This document shows, in pieces, positions 10,201 through 19,420 of a stretch of 64,000 nucleotides of DNA. The DNA lies in assembly GCA_965223005.1 (NCBI GenBank), contig CBDCVK010000003.1:64001-128000 (forward strand). Reading direction: 5' to 3'. Numbering within the stretch: position 1 is the first letter of the stretch; the number at the start of each line of letters is the position of its first letter. The notes under the pieces are model-generated. The model saw only the letters and a program-made list of their open reading frames with translations. It did no database searches and was not told where the DNA came from. The DNA comes from Terriglobia bacterium. GTDB lineage: Bacteria; Acidobacteriota; Terriglobia; JAJPHL01; JAPKYU01. Position numbers and translations under genes: made by a program.

Positions 10201-11045
10201 GAGTACAAGTCCGAGTCGCTGGTAAGCATGTGCCCGCCACGAGCGAGCCGGAAGGGTTGAAGGCGCCGCTGACCGCCTCCGTCGTCTTTCACAGCATGAT
10301 TTTCGGCGTAGCGCTGTTCGGTGGCGCTCTGGTCCCGCCGCACCACGGGCAGCAGTGGGGCGAAGTAGGTTTTGGCGGGGGGAGGTCGGTCCCAGTGAAC
10401 TTGGCGCCGAGCGTTCCGCTGCCGCGCCGCGCCGCGCCACGAAACCCGGTGGCCGCCGATACCCGGGAGCTTCACCCGGCCCAGCCCAAGCAGCCGAAAA
10501 AAGCGCCACCAGCGTCCCCGGCGCGGGAGTTCCAGTTGACTGAGGAAGACTGGAAGAAGAAACTAGCGGAGCTGGAGCGCCGTCAGGCGAGCAAGGAGCT
10601 GGCGCAATTGCGGGGTGAGCTTCCGGAAGGGGCGATTCCCGGCGCTACCAGCGGTCGCGCTTCGTCGCCCATCTACGGGATGGCAACCGGGCAGGGCGCC
10701 GGGGGTATCGGCTTCAGCGGGCAGTTCGGCCTCCTTTACGGCTGGTACGTGCGTGCGGTGCGGAGCTGCATCGCGCGCCATTGGGACCGCAGCAGGGTTG
10801 ATTCCGCCATCCGCTCGGCGCCGCGGGTGTATGTCGAATTTGATATCTTGCGGGACGGGACCATGAGGAGCGAACGCATCAGCACATCCAGCAGCATTCC
10901 GTCGATTGACCGCGAAGCGCTCCGGGCAGTGCAGGCCTGCAGCGGCCGGCGCGACGTGGGCGCCGACGCTCATTTACCAGCACTGCCGCGGGATTACCAG
11001 GGCTCCAGCGTGCACGTGGAAGTGTGGTTCGAATTTCAAAGATGA
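10197..11045 (+). CDS. TolA-like / TonB C-terminal domain protein
   Basis: N-terminal TM with SxxxH (SVVFH), Pro/Lys-rich linker, C-terminal FDILRDG...SSSIPSIDREALRAV; located between tolR and tolB. Confidence 0.8.
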
Positions 11046-11132
11046 GACAAGCACCGAGTGAGTTGCCACATTCGCAGCAAGCAACACCAGATGCGCAGTA
11101 ACCAACAAAAGACGCGCAGTAAGCAACGGCTC

Positions 11133-12524
11133 ATGGGGAAGTCATGGGCCATTGTCTTTACGGTTGCGGCCGTGGTTCTGTCGCTGGTGTGGCTGCAGGC
11201 CGAGGCCACGCCGCGTGCCGCGCTTGGCGCACCTCAAGCGGCTTCCCAGCGCCGGGACGTCATCCGCTTCGGCATTGACCTGACGCTGGAGACGCTGAAG
11301 CTGGCGGTGGCTGACTTTCGGGCTCACGGCACCGAGGCTGCGCCGCTGATGCGCGTCTTTAATAAGGTGCTTTGGAATGATCTGGACCACGCCGGAATTT
11401 TCGATCTGGTCAGCAAGAGCTTCTACCCGCCGGCAATTCCCGGGCGACGCGAAGACCTGAAAGCCGCCGGCGCTCTGTCGGCTTGGGCCAATCCGCCGGT
11501 CAACGCCGAGATGCTGGCGTTCGGCAACGGGGCCGTTGTCGACGGGCGCCTGAGGATCGAAGGCTTTCTGTACGATCTGCGGAATCCGCTCCGCCCGGAA
11601 GTCCTGGCCCGGCGCTACACCGACGAGGCCACCGAGGAGGCTGCCCGGGTGATTGCGCATCGGTTTGCCAACGCCATCGTGGAGCGGCTCGGCGGCGGAC
11701 TGCCGGGCATCGCCGACTCCAAGATCTATTTCTGCCGTAGGACTCGTCGGGACGTTAAGGAAATCTGGGTCATGGACTACGATGGCGCCAACCAGCGTCC
11801 GGTCACCGCCTACCGCTCCCTGGCGCTGACTCCCAACGTCTCGGCCGATGGCAGCCGGTTGGCCTTTACGAGCTATTCGGAAGTCTACCCCCGAATCTTC
11901 GTGTTGTCGCTGGAGAGCCGGCGACGCCTGAGCTTTCATAACACCCGCAGCGGGCTGAACACTACCCCTGCCTGGTCCCCCGACGGCCGTCAGATGGCCC
12001 TGTCGTCCTCGCTGAGCGGAAACCCGGAGATCTATGTGGCCAATGCCGACGGTACGAACCCCCGTCGCCTCACGTACTCGCGGGGAGTGGATATTTCCCC
12101 GGCGTGGAACCCGAAGACAGCAACGCAGATCGCCTTCGTCAGCGGCCGGGGCGGGGTGCCGCAGATCTACCTGATGGACGCCGACGGGTCCAACGTACGG
12201 CGTCTGACCGCCGGCGAAGGCGACGCGGTGACGCCGGCCTGGGCGCCCAACGGCCAGACGCTCGTCTTTTCCTGGACCCGTGGCTATGCCCCCGGAAATT
12301 ACAATATTTTCCTGATGGATGTAGCCAGTGGCGAAGTGGTACAGTTGACCCACGGCGCCGGGCGTAACGAGCACCCATGGTTCTCTCCCGACGGCCGGCA
12401 CATTGTTTTTGAGTCGAGCCGCAACGGGGGCAAGCAGATTTTTACCATGTTGGCGGACGGCACCAGGATCCGGGCTTTGACGCGGGATGGCAACAACACG
12501 GCCCCTGTTTGGAGCGTACGCTAG
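11133..12524 (+). CDS. tolB: Tol-Pal beta-propeller protein TolB
   Basis: Signal peptide, AHRFANAIV, WVMDYDGAN and repeated PAWSPDG (PD40) motifs; start uncertain (ORF opens at 11058). Confidence 0.95.
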   Translation: MGKSWAIVFTVAAVVLSLVWLQAEATPRAALGAPQAASQRRDVIRFGIDLTLETLKLAVADFRAHGTEAAPLMRVFNKVLWNDLDHAGIFDLVSKSFYPPAIPGRREDLKAAGALSAWANPPVNAEMLAFGNGAVVDGRLRIEGFLYDLRNPLRPEVLARRYTDEATEEAARVIAHRFANAIVERLGGGLPGIADSKIYFCRRTRRDVKEIWVMDYDGANQRPVTAYRSLALTPNVSADGSRLAFTSYSEVYPRIFVLSLESRRRLSFHNTRSGLNTTPAWSPDGRQMALSSSLSGNPEIYVANADGTNPRRLTYSRGVDISPAWNPKTATQIAFVSGRGGVPQIYLMDADGSNVRRLTAGEGDAVTPAWAPNGQTLVFSWTRGYAPGNYNIFLMDVASGEVVQLTHGAGRNEHPWFSPDGRHIVFESSRNGGKQIFTMLADGTRIRALTRDGNNTAPVWSVR

Positions 12525-12816
12525 GGCCGTGCTGGCAGAATGGCTTCATAAGGGCTCTTGGGGAATCCTTTCCGTGGCGGGCGGGGGCTTGCTTCGGCAC
12601 CACCGGAGTTGCTGACCCCGTTGCGCGCGACAAGCTGCTAGGAGAGAATCCGGCCGGACAGGTTTGCGGCCAACAGTTCGCCTAGCAAACAAGTTCCAAA
12701 GGCATCAGGCTGGAAGCCGATCTCAGAAGGGGCTGCGACTAGGTAGGGTTCCAGGGATTCAAGATTCACGAGATGGCTTCCAGTCCGCCGGTTCAAATCG
12801 CATGGAGGAAAAAAGA

Positions 12817-13557
12817 ATGAGACGCAAATACTCCCCGGCTCTGGGCATGATTTTGCTGCTGGTTCTGTTCATGGGTGCCTGCAAGAAGAAAGAGGCGCCG
12901 CCCCCGCCACCCCCGCCGCCGCCGCCTCCCCCGGCTCCGACAGTGAGCCTGACGGCGACGCCCACCAGCATCGAACGCGGGCAATCCAGCACGCTGGAGT
13001 GGAGTTCCACCGAAGCCAAAACGCTGACGTTAGAACCGGCCCTAGGCATGGTGCCTCCCAAAGGCACGATGACCGTCTCGCCGCTGGAGTCGCTGACCTA
13101 TACCCTGAGCGTCGAGGGGCCCGGCGGAAAGGCCCAGGCCAGCGTGCGGGTCACGGTGACCGCCAAGCCGCCGCCACCCAAACCCCCGCCACCGGTCGAG
13201 GAGGATATCGCCGCCTCGTTCGCGGCCCGGGTGCGTGACGTCTACTTCGATTATGACATGTACGACGTGCGCTCTGATGCAGTGCCGGTGCTGCAAGCCA
13301 ATGCCGATTGGTTGCGCGCACACCCGAAGGCGAACATCGTGGTTGAGGGCCATTGCGATGAGCGTGGCTCAGCCGAGTACAACCTAGGCCTGGGCGATCG
13401 GCGCGCAAATAGCACCCGGGACTACCTGCTCTCGCTGGGCATCAGCGGGAACCGCATCCGCACTATCAGCTACGGCAAGGAGCGGCCGCAATGCACCGAG
13501 GCGAATGAGGGCTGCTGGCAGCGCAATCGCCGCTCGCACTTTGTCCTGGCCCGCTGA
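12817..13557 (+). CDS. pal: Peptidoglycan-associated lipoprotein Pal with polyproline linkers and an extra Ig-like segment
   Basis: GGAGG RBS, lipobox MGA-C, VYFDYD, EGHCDERGSAEYNLGLGDRRA, SYGKERP, NRR. Confidence 0.93.
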   Translation: MRRKYSPALGMILLLVLFMGACKKKEAPPPPPPPPPPPPAPTVSLTATPTSIERGQSSTLEWSSTEAKTLTLEPALGMVPPKGTMTVSPLESLTYTLSVEGPGGKAQASVRVTVTAKPPPPKPPPPVEEDIAASFAARVRDVYFDYDMYDVRSDAVPVLQANADWLRAHPKANIVVEGHCDERGSAEYNLGLGDRRANSTRDYLLSLGISGNRIRTISYGKERPQCTEANEGCWQRNRRSHFVLAR

Positions 13558-13588
13558 GGCCGAGGGCAGGGCGCAAGCAGAACGCAAA

Positions 13589-13633
13589 CGGCTGGCAGGC
13601 GCCAGTCAGATGAAACCTGGCGCCTGCCAGCCG
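13589..13633. other. Perfect 17-bp inverted repeat (intra-operon stem-loop) between pal and cpoB
   Basis: CGGCTGGCAGGCGCCAG-N11-CTGGCGCCTGCCAGCCG. Confidence 0.8.
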
Positions 13634-13654
13634 CAGTCTTAAGGAGAGGGAACC

Positions 13655-14458
13655 ATGAGAGTGTTACGAGCCATCTTGATGGCGGTGCTCGTGGTGGCAC
13701 TCCTGCCCACCCCGGCCTACCCTGTCGCCAAGGAGATTATCCGGATCGAGGCGGCAGTGGCCCGGCTGGAGTCGGACATGCGCGACATGCGCAGCACGCT
13801 GGACGAGCGCATGGGGATGATGCGCCAGCTCATGGAGCAGACCACCGACGCGATCAACAAGCTCAACGTGGTGACCGAGCAGGTGCAACGTTCGGTCCAG
13901 GGCAGCGTGGCCGCCCAGGGCACCAAAGTGGATTCGGTCGCCGGCAACGTGCAGGGGTTGCAGGACTCCCTGGAGGATGTGAAGGCGCGGCTGTCCAAGC
14001 TGTCTGACCAGGTGGCGCAGGTGCGAGAGTCGGTAGAGGCGCTGCAAACGCCGTCGCCGCCGGGCCCGGGGGCGGGCGCACCTCCACAGTCGCCCGAGGA
14101 GCTCTACCAAAATGGGCTGCGGGACCTGCAAGGCGGGAAACTGGAACTGGCGTTGCAGCAGTTCCAGGACTACCTTCGCTACTACCCGGAGACGGAGCTG
14201 GCCGGCAATGCCCAGTTCTATGTCGGCGAAGTGCTCTATCGTCAGGGCAAGCTACGCGAGGCGATCGAAGCGTACGACTTGGTGCTGGAACGCTACCCGA
14301 ACGGCAACAAGACCGCCGGCGCCCATCTCAAGAAAGGCTTCGCCCTCCTGGAACTGAAGCAGCGCACATCCGGGGTCCGCGAGCTGCGCGAGTTGATCCG
14401 CCGTTTCCCGCGCAGCGAAGAGGCCAAGCTGGCCCGCCAGCGCCTCCGCCGTCGCTGA
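13655..14458 (+). CDS. cpoB: Tol-Pal system protein CpoB/YbgF
   Basis: Signal peptide, coiled coil and TPRs (LAGNAQFYVGE, YPNGNK); follows pal. Confidence 0.9.
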   Translation: MRVLRAILMAVLVVALLPTPAYPVAKEIIRIEAAVARLESDMRDMRSTLDERMGMMRQLMEQTTDAINKLNVVTEQVQRSVQGSVAAQGTKVDSVAGNVQGLQDSLEDVKARLSKLSDQVAQVRESVEALQTPSPPGPGAGAPPQSPEELYQNGLRDLQGGKLELALQQFQDYLRYYPETELAGNAQFYVGEVLYRQGKLREAIEAYDLVLERYPNGNKTAGAHLKKGFALLELKQRTSGVRELRELIRRFPRSEEAKLARQRLRRR

Positions 14459-14527
14459 GAGCCACCTCCACGCGGGATCCCACTTGCTCCTGAGCCTCAT
14501 TCCAGGCCTCCGGCACGGGTGGCGCGT

Positions 14528-14556
14528 TTGCCTTACCCGAGAGCTTCCGCTATACT
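14528..14556 (+). promoter_or_regulatory. Putative sigma70 promoter of ssb
   Basis: TTGCCT-N17-TATACT about 95 bp upstream of the ssb ATG. Confidence 0.6.
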
Positions 14557-14649
14557 CGCGTTCCAAACGGTGACGCCTGATTTGGGCGGGCCAGGCTCCG
14601 CGACACCGCCCCAACAGCGGCGCTACGACACAAGGAGAGGGCTGGCCCT

Positions 14650-15105
14650 ATGGCACGAAGCGTAAACAAAGTCATTCTGCTAGGGAATCTAGGAAAAGAC
14701 GCGGAGTTGAACTACCTGCCGTCCGGCCAGGCGGTCTCCAAGTTCCCGCTCGCGACCAATCGCCGCTTCAAAGACAAAGCCGGCGAGTGGCAGGACCAGA
14801 CGGAGTGGCACAACATCGTGGTCTGGGCCAAGATGGCGGAAAACCTGACCCAGTATCTGCTCAAGGGTCGCCAAGTGTACGTGGAGGGGCGCATCCACTC
14901 CCGCACCTGGGAAGGGCGGGATGGCAGCAAGCATCACGGCACCGATATTGTCGCCAATGATGTCGTCCTCATCAGCGGGCGGGGCGGTGAAGAAAGCTCA
15001 GGGCGCGCACAGGCCAGCCAGTCGCGTCCCGCCGCCGCGCCTGCGGCCTCCTCTTCCGACGAGGGAATCTCACCCGAGATCACCGACGACGACATCCCGT
15101 TCTAA
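14650..15105 (+). CDS. ssb: Single-stranded DNA-binding protein
   Basis: SVNKVILLGNLG, TEWHNIV and C-terminal DDDIPF. Confidence 0.98.
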   Translation: MARSVNKVILLGNLGKDAELNYLPSGQAVSKFPLATNRRFKDKAGEWQDQTEWHNIVVWAKMAENLTQYLLKGRQVYVEGRIHSRTWEGRDGSKHHGTDIVANDVVLISGRGGEESSGRAQASQSRPAAAPAASSSDEGISPEITDDDIPF

Positions 15106-15609
15106 AATATGCAGACCTGAGCTGAGATCAACCTAAGGCGGGAAGGTCCTGCTTGTTTCTTGCCCTCCGCGCAATAGGTAACGCCAGCATCCTGCCGACC
15201 GCCTCAGCCCAACCGCCGGGACAGCTTGCCCTGATTCCCACCGGGTGGGCGCTCTCGCGCTAGTCCGAAGGTACCCCTCAAAATGAACCTGTTCGCCTAT
15301 TGGCTGCCTGGTGCCGCTGCGCTTAACTAGGCTACGTTATGAACGGGACAAAAACTCAGGCTATGGCAGCGCTGTTTTGCGCAGTGGTTGCGGCACAGAG
15401 GAGCCGCAGGAGCCTGCCGGAGTTTTTGCGGATTCTGCCGGTGAGTCCCAAGAGCAAGTTCATGGTGCTGGAATGTTATCGAGGCGTACTTGAAAACGAT
15501 TAACTGAAGCCATGAGCGGCGCGAAACGAAGCAAAATCCTGGTCATTGCCGATAAAGACGAAAATGATCCGCATGACCCTTGAAAGCTAATGAGTTGGAG
15601 AGGATAAAT

Positions 15610-15969
15610 ATGCCGGCGGAAATCCAGGATGTAAAACGCCTCCGCTACTTCCCGCGCTTCAGGGCACCAGATAGGAGTCACGCCGGCTTCATTACCGGCA
15701 ATCGTCGCGTCGCTGGAGAACTCAAGAAGATTAGCCTAAGAGGCCTGTCCCTTCGGACCAAGGAATCGGTTCCGGTGGGGAGTGTCGGCAAGGTCGGCGT
15801 GCAGTTTCAAGACTGGTTTTTCCGCGCCACCGCGATTGTCCGTTCCGCCGAACCGGGCCGGTGGTTGGGCTTCGAATTCATCAAAATGTGCTCGCTGGAT
15901 CGACAGGCCCTCCGCCTTTCTTGCGGTGCCCAACGTCGGATGGCAGTTGAGAACAAGAGCACCAGTTGA
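15610..15969 (+). CDS. PilZ domain protein
   Basis: RxxxR (RYFPR), xISxxG (KISLRG), and C-terminal LGFEF; AGGA upstream of ATG 15610. Confidence 0.7.
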   Translation: MPAEIQDVKRLRYFPRFRAPDRSHAGFITGNRRVAGELKKISLRGLSLRTKESVPVGSVGKVGVQFQDWFFRATAIVRSAEPGRWLGFEFIKMCSLDRQALRLSCGAQRRMAVENKSTS

Positions 15970-16076
15970 CTCGCTACCCCACTCCCCCTAGCTCCCGCGC
16001 CTCCCAGCAGTTATTGTCGTCCTAGACCTGTGCGGCCAGCATTGGATTGAAGTGCCCTCGAAGAATTACGTCCGGT

Positions 16077-18401
16077 TCAGAATTCCGTGCGCAACCGGAG
16101 GGCGAAGCTGCGGGGCGGGGCCAACGCCGTGCCAGAGAACAATCCGACGAAATTGATCACGTTCAAGCGGTTGGTGAGGTTCAAGACGTCGAGTTGGAGC
16201 CGCACCGAGAGGTCATCGCGACTCCAAAGCTTCACCCCCAGCGAAGTATCCAGGGAAAACGAGGGGCGAACGCGGCCGCGTGTGAGGTTGACCCGGCTCA
16301 GAATTCGCTGCCCAAGGCGCTCCTCCAGTTCCTCTTCCTCCAGCGGTTCCTCTTGCTCGATGGGCAACCCGCTGCCGTACCGGGCGCCGAGCGCCACCCA
16401 GACCCTGGGGCTAATCTGATAGTGCACGCGCGCTTGGGCTGTATGGCGCTGGTCTTGCGAAATAGGAAAGCGGTCGGTGGCGCGCAACAGCTCGTCGGCG
16501 CCCTCTTCCAAGAACAGCCCGCCGGTGATGGGAAGAAACCCGGTTCCGACAAGGTGCGCGTAGCTCAGAAAGCCAGAAACGGGCCCCCAGCGCGGCACTT
16601 CCAGTTTGCCCTCAAAGCCGTAGACTTCGGCGCGGGAAAACGCGATGGGGAAACTCACCCCGGTATTCAAGAAGACGTCGTCGTCGGCAAAATTTCGAAT
16701 CTCTCTTCGGAAATAATTCCCGTCCAGCCGCAACTTGCCGAAGACGCTCTTGGCAAAGCCGGCTTGGTAGAAGTTCCCGCGGGAGGGAGACACGAGCAGC
16801 GCCGTCGTCTCTTCAGTGAGCCGCTGCGCGGACGCGGAACTGGCCAGCAGCAGATTCTCGGTGGCGGGAATCTGAAACGCGCGGTCGTAGGAGGCGCGGA
16901 AGACCAGCCCGGTGCCCGGCCAGTGCCAGGCCACTCCCAGGCGAGGACTGAAGGCACTGTCCCGGACTAGCAACCGATAGCGGTCCCACCGCAGTCCTGC
17001 GCTGAAGGTCCAGGGCCCGGCGCGAACCAGGTCCTGCACGAACAGGGACTGCTCGCGGCCTGCTCGACGGTCCGCAAACCGGAAGCTGGGCGGGATTCCG
17101 GCATCGAAGACTTGCTGGTCCACGATTTCGTACCCAAACCGCTCGCGCACAGAAGTCCAAATCGCCTCCGCGCCGGTTTTCAGCTCGTGGGCGCCAAGAT
17201 GCGCCGACAGGCTGGCGCTGCCATAACCTTCCCGCAAGCTTCGTTGCTGGTCGGCCAGGATGGGGGTGGAGAGCGGATTCGACCAAAAGTCTGCAGAAAG
17301 GTCCCTCGCCATTCCCCGGAAGGCGGCCAGCAGGCGGGGTGAGAGGGTGTGCTGGTAGGATAGATGTCCCAGGGTTTCGGCGTTACGCTGATCCTGCCGC
17401 TGGCCGGCCTGCTGCTGAAATTGTTCGTTCGGGACCAGGAACCCCGTGCGTTTTCTGTACAGCGAGAGGCGCAGTCGGCTCGTCTGGCTCCAGTCACGTT
17501 CGAGGCGGCCACTGATCCCGGAATTGGATGCTTTGTTGGTGAAATTTTCCTCCACCGGCGGATCCAGGTACCGCTCCGTGTGTCCCCCCTGAACGGCTAA
17601 GGCGGCGGCCGTCCGCCCGCGCACGTACTGTCCGGAAACATAGCTGCTTTGGGTCGAGAAGCTGCCGACCTCGAGCACTGCGGTCCCATGAAAGCCCGAG
17701 GTCGTGTCACGGGCGGTGACCACCTCGATGACCCCACCCAGTTTCCGCCCATATTCAGCCGGGTAGTTGGCGGTCAACACATTCAGTGACCGGAGTTCTT
17801 CAACTTCAAGCGCCGGGGCGAAGGCGGGAGAGCGATTGTCGGTGATGGGGAACCCGTCAATGACATACTGCGTGTTGTACTCGGAGCCCCGCGGGTGCAG
17901 CACGCCGTTGGCCTCCAGCAACCATCCCGGCTGCGTTTGCACCAGCTCCGGCACGGCGCGGGCGGGCTGTGAGGCCTGCCGGTCCCGCAACGTTTCTGGG
18001 CCGAGGCGGAAGACTGGGCCCGTCCGATGCGGGTCCAGAAGCGTGGCCGAATCGGTGACCAGCACGGTGGCTTCCAGCGGGGCGATCCCGAGCGTCACCT
18101 GGTACTCGCGGGGGAGTTCCGAGCGGATTTCCAGCAGCGCGGAGAACGGTGCAAACCCCGAGCGCTCGACGCGCAGCAGATACACCCCAAATGGCAAGTC
18201 CCTGGCCCAATACTGTCCCTCCGGGTCGGTGTGGAAAGCTTGCTGAACTTGGTTGGCTTGGCTGACCAGCTCTCCACTGGCTGCCACCCCCAGGCCGGTG
18301 GTGTCCCGCACGGTCAGGCGCAACTCCCCCGTGCCCCGCTGGGCGAGCAGTGGCATCGCCCACAGAACTACCCAAAGCAAGCGTTTGCACTTCAACTTCA
18401 A
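16077..18401 (-). CDS. TonB-dependent receptor with carboxypeptidase-regulatory-like N-terminal domain
   Basis: Signal peptide, plug region (LHPRG, YVIDGFPITD, AEYG), beta-barrel, NLTN motif and terminal Phe. Confidence 0.88.
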   Translation of the reverse strand: MKLKCKRLLWVVLWAMPLLAQRGTGELRLTVRDTTGLGVAASGELVSQANQVQQAFHTDPEGQYWARDLPFGVYLLRVERSGFAPFSALLEIRSELPREYQVTLGIAPLEATVLVTDSATLLDPHRTGPVFRLGPETLRDRQASQPARAVPELVQTQPGWLLEANGVLHPRGSEYNTQYVIDGFPITDNRSPAFAPALEVEELRSLNVLTANYPAEYGRKLGGVIEVVTARDTTSGFHGTAVLEVGSFSTQSSYVSGQYVRGRTAAALAVQGGHTERYLDPPVEENFTNKASNSGISGRLERDWSQTSRLRLSLYRKRTGFLVPNEQFQQQAGQRQDQRNAETLGHLSYQHTLSPRLLAAFRGMARDLSADFWSNPLSTPILADQQRSLREGYGSASLSAHLGAHELKTGAEAIWTSVRERFGYEIVDQQVFDAGIPPSFRFADRRAGREQSLFVQDLVRAGPWTFSAGLRWDRYRLLVRDSAFSPRLGVAWHWPGTGLVFRASYDRAFQIPATENLLLASSASAQRLTEETTALLVSPSRGNFYQAGFAKSVFGKLRLDGNYFRREIRNFADDDVFLNTGVSFPIAFSRAEVYGFEGKLEVPRWGPVSGFLSYAHLVGTGFLPITGGLFLEEGADELLRATDRFPISQDQRHTAQARVHYQISPRVWVALGARYGSGLPIEQEEPLEEEELEERLGQRILSRVNLTRGRVRPSFSLDTSLGVKLWSRDDLSVRLQLDVLNLTNRLNVINFVGLFSGTALAPPRSFALRLRTEF

Positions 18402-18423
18402 AGCTCAGGCGGGAGAAGAACTC

Positions 18424-19218
18424 TTAACCGAGGACCACGCCCACATCGGCGCCCTTATCGATTCCCAGGATTTTGGCGGCGGCACCCCGACTGGTGGCCA
18501 ACTCCAGGTAGCCGGTGCTGCCCACGATGGCAAACAGGTCGCCCGGGGCGCTCTGGGCGTAGGCGAGGTTGAGTTTCGTAATCTCACTCTTGCCCGCCAC
18601 AAACTTGAACGGCGGAGGGCTTTGCTGGAACAGCATGGGCAGGTCTTCGGGCGTGAAGTTAGTGATGACGTTGCCGAACTTGTCCACCTTCAGCACCACT
18701 CCTTTAATCAGCCGCTCGTTCAGCGCCTTCGGCTTAGGAGGCTGGAAGCGGACATAGTCGCTCACGTAGTCTCCGAACTTGCTCGTTTCGACCCCACGGC
18801 TTAACCAGGCGGCAATTGGGGCGAAGATGTCGCGGCCATGGAAGGTCTGGCTGACCGGGTTCAGGAAGTAGTGCTCAGAAGTGACGTGGCGCACGGTGTG
18901 CTCTTCGCCCGCCAACACCAGCGACAGCACCCCGTTATCCGGGCACAGGAAATAGTGCCTCTCGGTGGCGACCAGGATGGGGCGGCGGTGCGTGCCCACG
19001 CCGGGATCCACCACCACCACATGAATGGTCCAGGCGGGAAAGTGGCGGTAGGCCTGGGCGATCGTAAAGGCTCCGTCCAGGACGTCGAAGGAGCGGACTT
19101 CGTGACAGATATCGATGATTTGGGCCTCTGGAGTGATTCCTAGGATGACCCCCTTCATCGTTCCCACGAAATGGTCCGAGAGACCAAAGTCGCTGGTGAG
19201 CGTAATCAGCCGTGACAT
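18424..19218 (-). CDS. SAM hydroxide adenosyltransferase / chlorinase-fluorinase family (DUF62)
   Basis: ITLTSDFG, VVDPGVGT, PDNG, TFHGRDIFAP, DKFGNVITN and GSTGYLEL motifs. Confidence 0.93.
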   Translation of the reverse strand: MSRLITLTSDFGLSDHFVGTMKGVILGITPEAQIIDICHEVRSFDVLDGAFTIAQAYRHFPAWTIHVVVVDPGVGTHRRPILVATERHYFLCPDNGVLSLVLAGEEHTVRHVTSEHYFLNPVSQTFHGRDIFAPIAAWLSRGVETSKFGDYVSDYVRFQPPKPKALNERLIKGVVLKVDKFGNVITNFTPEDLPMLFQQSPPPFKFVAGKSEITKLNLAYAQSAPGDLFAIVGSTGYLELATSRGAAAKILGIDKGADVGVVLG

Positions 19219-19420
19219 ACTTAGGGCAATATCGGCGAAATGGGGAGGGCGTGTCAAGCACGCTGGCAGCCGGCGGCTGATCCTGCCGGAGCGAACGCGC
19301 CTAATTCAGCGGCCAGTATATGGGCGACCCCGCTGCAACGAGGGGTTCGCCCGCATTCCGGACCCGCATTCCGGAAAGGCTGAATCCTAGACCCTGCCAG
19401 TGTGCCGCATAGTTTGCGTT

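Noticed and set aside
11142-12401. Long antisense ORFs (e.g. 11142-12401, 24942-26213, 61908-63161, 3369-4592, 9064-10059)
   Set aside because: Shadow frames of well-supported genes in high-GC DNA, with no recognisable motifs
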